A stretch of 30,391 nt of DNA, from positions 1 through 30,391 of IMG/VR virus record IMGVR_UViG_3300045999_005524, one strand, 5' to 3'. Made by a program: the position numbers and the translations under genes. The notes beneath the pieces were generated by a model. The model was not told where the DNA came from. It worked only from the letters and a program-made list of their open reading frames with translations, and ran no database searches. This DNA is from a virus. Lineage: Duplodnaviria > Caudoviricetes. This document shows, one piece after another, positions 27,311 to 30,391 of the stretch; positions within the stretch are counted from its first letter, which is position 1; each line of letters starts with the position of its first letter.

Positions 27311-27516
27311 GCCTGAGCCTCGAGCACCTGGGCGTTGCGCACCTTGAGCAGTGCGCCATTGGCGACCCTCAGTGCGTCCTGGGTATCGGCCCAGGTGTCG
27401 TCGCCGGGTGCGCAGGCCTGGATCTGCACCTCGAGCAGTTCGCTCAGCAGGTGCGCGCGAGGGCGCAGCAGCTCACAGAGCAGCTCGGCTTCCTTGCGGT
27501 TGATGTTGAGTTGCAT
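27307..27516 (-). CDS. Hypothetical protein, 69 aa
   Basis: AGGAG upstream; coupled to the next gene. Confidence 0.65.
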   Translation of the reverse strand: MQLNINRKEAELLCELLRPRAHLLSELLEVQIQACAPGDDTWADTQDALRVANGALLKVRNAQVLEAQA

Positions 27517-27535
27517 GGGTCAATTGCTCCTGTGA

Positions 27536-27790
27536 TCAGGCAACCGCCATTGCGGGCCGTTTGCGAGTCCGGCCAGCGCGCACGGGCGCGGGCGGGTTCT
27601 TGGTTGGTTTCATCGGCAGTGGCGCTGTGTTGGCCGCGGCCGCTTCCATTCGGGATGCGGGCCTGTAGCCGGCTGCGGTGAGCACCAGGGCCAGGGCGTG
27701 AGCCAGCAGGGGCCGCAGTGCCACGGCCAGCAGCTCGAGGGCCAGGCCCAGCAGCACCAGGGCCGCCAGGGCGGGATCGTTGCGGTTCAT
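27536..27790 (-). CDS. Hypothetical membrane protein, 84 aa
   Basis: ATG 27790 in ATGA overlap. Leu/Ala-rich hydrophobic N-terminus and basic tail. Confidence 0.6.
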   Translation of the reverse strand: MNRNDPALAALVLLGLALELLAVALRPLLAHALALVLTAAGYRPASRMEAAAANTAPLPMKPTKNPPAPVRAGRTRKRPAMAVA

Positions 27791-27963
27791 TTGAACGCCT
27801 CCCATTTCTCGACAGCGCGCTCGAGCAGGTAGGCGCTCAGGTTGGAGAGGCTGCGGCCTTCCTCCAGCGCACGGCGCTCGAGGCGGCTCATTACGCCGTA
27901 GGGAACGGTGATCGTCATCCGTTGTGAGCGGCGCATGGCCAGCTCATCTGGGTTGGGTGTCAT
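27787..27963 (-). CDS. Ribbon-helix-helix (CopG/Arc-like) DNA-binding protein, 58 aa
   Basis: Start reassigned to ATG 27963. RMTITVP...LERRALEEGRSLSNLSAYLLE. Confidence 0.8.
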   Translation of the reverse strand: MTPNPDELAMRRSQRMTITVPYGVMSRLERRALEEGRSLSNLSAYLLERAVEKWEAFK

Positions 27964-27973
27964 GTGCGGGTGT

Positions 27974-28050
27974 GTTGGTGGTTGGTCGCTGGGTGAGCCC
28001 AGCAGGGAACCCGAGGGCCAAAGGCCCAGGGGCTCGGTGCTGAAATCAGG
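27974..28050 (-). repeat. Intergenic structured repeat, copy 1
   Basis: Near-duplicate of 28541-28616: hairpin (28000-28042) plus the GACCAACCACC leader. Confidence 0.85.
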
Positions 28051-28531
28051 CGATGCCGCAACGGCGAGCGATGGCCGCGGCGGACTCGATCGGGGCGTCG
28101 TGCGCCATGCAGGCCTTGAACAGCTCCGCGTGGCTGGTGTCCTCGTGTTCGTTGAGGCTGTAGAAGCTGTCGCCGATGCGCACGCAGAATGTGGCGATCG
28201 CCCCGGTGAGCCGCTCAGAGAGGCGGAAGCTGCCGTAACCGACGCCACGAGTCCAGCGCTCGGGCGGTAGGCAGTTGAGCAGCTCCTCATAACGCTCCTG
28301 GGTGATGCGTCGCGGGCCGGTGCAGTAGCGCTGGCGATCGCTCTGCTCCTGGAGCTCGAGCGCCTCGATGGTGGGCAGGGTGTAGGCCTGCTCGCTGACG
28401 TGGCCCAGGGCCCGCAGCTCCTCGAGGGTCTCGCCACCCCAGAAGCTCCGGCCATCGCGGCCCAGGAAGGTGTAGATCCGGCCGGTGGCGGGATCCCATA
28501 CGGCGGGCGTGCTGTCGTTGAAGTTGTCCAT
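28046..28531 (-). CDS. DUF1419-like early protein, 161 aa
   Basis: Start reassigned to ATG 28531. ITQERYEELLNCLPPERW...FRLSERLTG pattern. Confidence 0.6.
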   Translation of the reverse strand: MDNFNDSTPAVWDPATGRIYTFLGRDGRSFWGGETLEELRALGHVSEQAYTLPTIEALELQEQSDRQRYCTGPRRITQERYEELLNCLPPERWTRGVGYGSFRLSERLTGAIATFCVRIGDSFYSLNEHEDTSHAELFKACMAHDAPIESAAAIARRCGIA

Positions 28532-28540
28532 GGTTGGTCG

Positions 28541-28616
28541 GTTGGTGGTTGGTCGCTGCTTGGAGGGCAGCAGGGAGGCCGAGGGCAGGGCCCAGGGCCT
28601 CGGTGCTGTCGTCAGG
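28541..28616 (-). repeat. Intergenic structured repeat, copy 2
   Basis: Hairpin 28568-28608 plus the same leader as copy 1. Confidence 0.85.
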
Positions 28617-28812
28617 CGGTGAACGTCGATTCGACGCGGCAGGAGTGGTAAGCCGGGAGCTTGCGGCTGATGGCCTTGGCAGCTGCCTTGGCGTTGCGTT
28701 CTGCTCCTGGCCCCCACCAGACGCGGCGGCCTTCGTGCCATGGGGCTGGATCAACGAAGGCGGTTGGGTCGAGCTCGTTGGTGACAACGAGGAAGTATTC
28801 GAGGCAGTTCAT
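28612..28812 (-). CDS. Hypothetical early protein, 66 aa
   Basis: Preceded by the TGACCAACCACCACC leader; stop abuts repeat copy 2. Confidence 0.65.
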   Translation of the reverse strand: MNCLEYFLVVTNELDPTAFVDPAPWHEGRRVWWGPGAERNAKAAAKAISRKLPAYHSCRVESTFTA

Positions 28813-28833
28813 TTGGGTGTCGGTGGTGGTTGG

Positions 28834-28983
28834 TCAGGGGCCGGGCCATTCAGCGGGCATCGCACGCCCGCGGATCAGGCCCAGCTCCGGTCGATCAGGC
28901 GCACCAGGCGCCAGCGGCTTGGTCAGCCAGCCCAAGGCCAGCCCCAGGGCCAGCCCATAGGCCGCCAGTGATGCGCCGCGCAT
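28834..28983 (-). CDS. Small membrane peptide, 49 aa
   Basis: MRGASLAAYGLALGLALGWL...; TGATG-coupled, and its stop is the TGA of the leader motif. Confidence 0.5.
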   Translation of the reverse strand: MRGASLAAYGLALGLALGWLTKPLAPGAPDRPELGLIRGRAMPAEWPGP

Positions 28984-29288
28984 CAGTAGCCGAGCCAGGT
29001 CAGTGCCTGGCCCGCGTGGCAGCGGTGGAGCACTGGTGCGTCGTTGTACACCTGCTCCACCAGCTGCAGCCGGTATTCCTCCAGGTCGGCGCCGTGAGCC
29101 GCAAACAACGCCGCCAGGTCGACAGGGTCGAGCCGGCAGCAGTCATCAGCAGCCCAGATCACCGACCGCTCGTAGCTGTCGTCCACATAGGACTCCAGCC
29201 ACTCATCCCTGTCCCACCCGATCTGCTCGGGTGGAACGATGCAAGCCACGGCCATAGCGGCCGCGGGTGCGGTGGTGGTGCTGTTCAT
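28983..29288 (-). CDS. Hypothetical early protein, 101 aa (first gene of the leftward operon)
   Basis: Leader motif upstream. Acidic, ends LTWLGY. Confidence 0.7.
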   Translation of the reverse strand: MNSTTTAPAAAMAVACIVPPEQIGWDRDEWLESYVDDSYERSVIWAADDCCRLDPVDLAALFAAHGADLEEYRLQLVEQVYNDAPVLHRCHAGQALTWLGY

Positions 29289-29338
29289 CTGTCCAGGTGC
29301 GGTGGTGGTTGGTCAGACCGCGGGCCCGGCGCAGTGCG

Positions 29339-29393
29339 CTGCAGCCCCGTAGCGGTCCTGCTGCCATCCTGCACGTTCTCCACGGGGGCGGAG
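29339..29393. promoter_or_regulatory. Pair of 14-bp pseudo-palindromes upstream of the early operon
   Basis: CTGCA-GCCC-CGTAG (29339-29352) and CCACG-GGGG-CGGAG (29380-29393). Confidence 0.6.
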
Positions 29394-30085
29394 CGGATGC
29401 CCTGGGGCGCACCTGCCAATCTGTAACAACTCTTTACATTGGCCCGTGGCGCCAGCCTACCGGCGCAGCCCCAGCGGCGCCAGCACCCCCACCCCACCAG
29501 GCCGGACAGGCCCACCAGCAGCCCCCAGCGGATGTGCAATCCGCTGAGAACCCAGCAGCCACCGCCACCAGGCCCCAGCAGCCTGCAGGACGGCTGCAAC
29601 CAGGCCCGCAGAGCCCAGCAGCCACCAGCAGAAAAGAGAGGGGGTGCAGGGGGGAGCTGCGGCCCGCACGTACTGGGCACCCCACCACATCACGCGACCC
29701 AAAAATCGGCCCCCCTGTCGGACCGGATCTAGCCAGGGTCAATACGGGGGTGGAGTGGGGTTTGGGTCGGGTTGATGTTGGGAGTGTGCCCACCCTGGCG
29801 GAGGACGTCGGGGGTGGAGCGGAGTTAGGCGTCTGGAGGAGAGCGAAGCTCGACGTCCGCAGGTGGGGTGGGTGGGCTGCGCCGGATGTTTCTGGAGATC
29901 TCTTCCTACCTACCAGTAGAGATATCCAGAGGAACTGTGAAACGGCCCAGTGGTGGAGCGGAGTTCTGCGGGGGCGAGTAGTAAGCCTTTATGATTTGAG
30001 TGCATGAGATCCCTTCCGGCAACAGGGGTCGGATCCTGAAGCCGGTATTAAGGGGATCTCGCCAGTGTTATGCGCCACTGACTGC

Positions 30086-30391
30086 ATGAACCCTATCGAA
30101 TCTGACGGCGAGGACTACGTCATGCTCCACAGGCAAGGTCGAGAGGCTTGCGCGGAGCTGTTGAAGGAGCGGAAATTGCTCCCCCGCGATCTGGCGGTGC
30201 TCTGGGGTCTGACCATCCATCTGCACTGGCGCAGTGGCCGGGTGAAGGTGACGGCCAAGTGCCTGGCAGAGCAGCTGGGGATGCGGATCCAGGACGTCAC
30301 CAACTCGCTGAAGCGGTTGCGGGACAACCTGGTGATCAGCAAGGCCTACGACCAGACCACGGGCGAGACCTACTTCTTGTTCAACCCCTGG
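30086..30391 (+). CDS. Divergent winged-helix protein (RepL-like), truncated by the window end
   Basis: Read manually: MNPIESDGEDYVML...VTAKCLAEQLGMRIQDVTNSLKRLRDNLVISK...TYFLFNPW. HTH plus a YxxNP-type wing motif. TATGAT -10 at 29990-29995. Confidence 0.75.
   Translation, partial: MNPIESDGEDYVMLHRQGREACAELLKERKLLPRDLAVLWGLTIHLHWRSGRVKVTAKCLAEQLGMRIQDVTNSLKRLRDNLVISKAYDQTTGETYFLFNPW

Noticed and set aside
27974-29316. CRISPR-like array
   Set aside because: The repeats are separated by whole genes of unequal length; they are intergenic leaders.
29423-29437. Canonical NtcA box
   Set aside because: The spacer is 9 nt rather than 8; kept only as an unassigned dyad.
29512-29629. E. coli Chi sites (GCTGGTGG on the - strand, two copies)
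   Set aside because: Probably a by-product of the CCAGC-rich tract; the inferred host is not an enterobacterium.
29285-29793. ORFs 29285..29680, 29434..29793 and 29267..30007
   Set aside because: Low-complexity translations of the repeat tract; better explained as a control region.
1-30391. Integrated prophage with host DNA; photosynthesis AMGs (psbA, hli)
   Set aside because: The att site has phage genes on both sides (attP configuration), and no host or photosynthesis genes were recognised in the window.

Overview
GC-rich (mid-60s % by eye) segment of a temperate T7-like podophage (Autographiviridae-like), probably infecting a picocyanobacterium (Synechococcus/Cyanobium type). Almost all genes are on the - strand. 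Reading right to left: a ~0.8 kb control region; small early genes (DUF1419-like, RHH, two MarR-like wHTH); tyrosine integrase; an attP-like 5' half of tRNA-Leu(UAA); single-subunit RNA polymerase; SSB; RusA-like resolvase; Zn-ribbon/initiator-like and helicase-loader-like genes; 5'-3' exonuclease; portal; scaffold; major capsid; tail tubular A/B; and the internal (ejected) virion proteins. One divergent + strand wHTH (RepL-like) gene starts at the right edge. Highlights: (1) a 14-bp pseudo-palindrome CTRCR-N4-YGYAG in front of most modules, in one case just downstream of a near-consensus sigma70 promoter, suggesting a genome-wide repressor circuit; (2) an attP made from the 5' half of the tRNA, with the anticodon arm followed by U6 and two operators ahead of the RNAP gene; (3) no DNA polymerase or primase-helicase at their usual position; (4) a 1524-aa polyvalent ejection protein with ParB-like and HExxH domains; (5) a duplicated, covarying RNA hairpin between early genes. 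All calls come from reading motifs and gene order; no searches were run.
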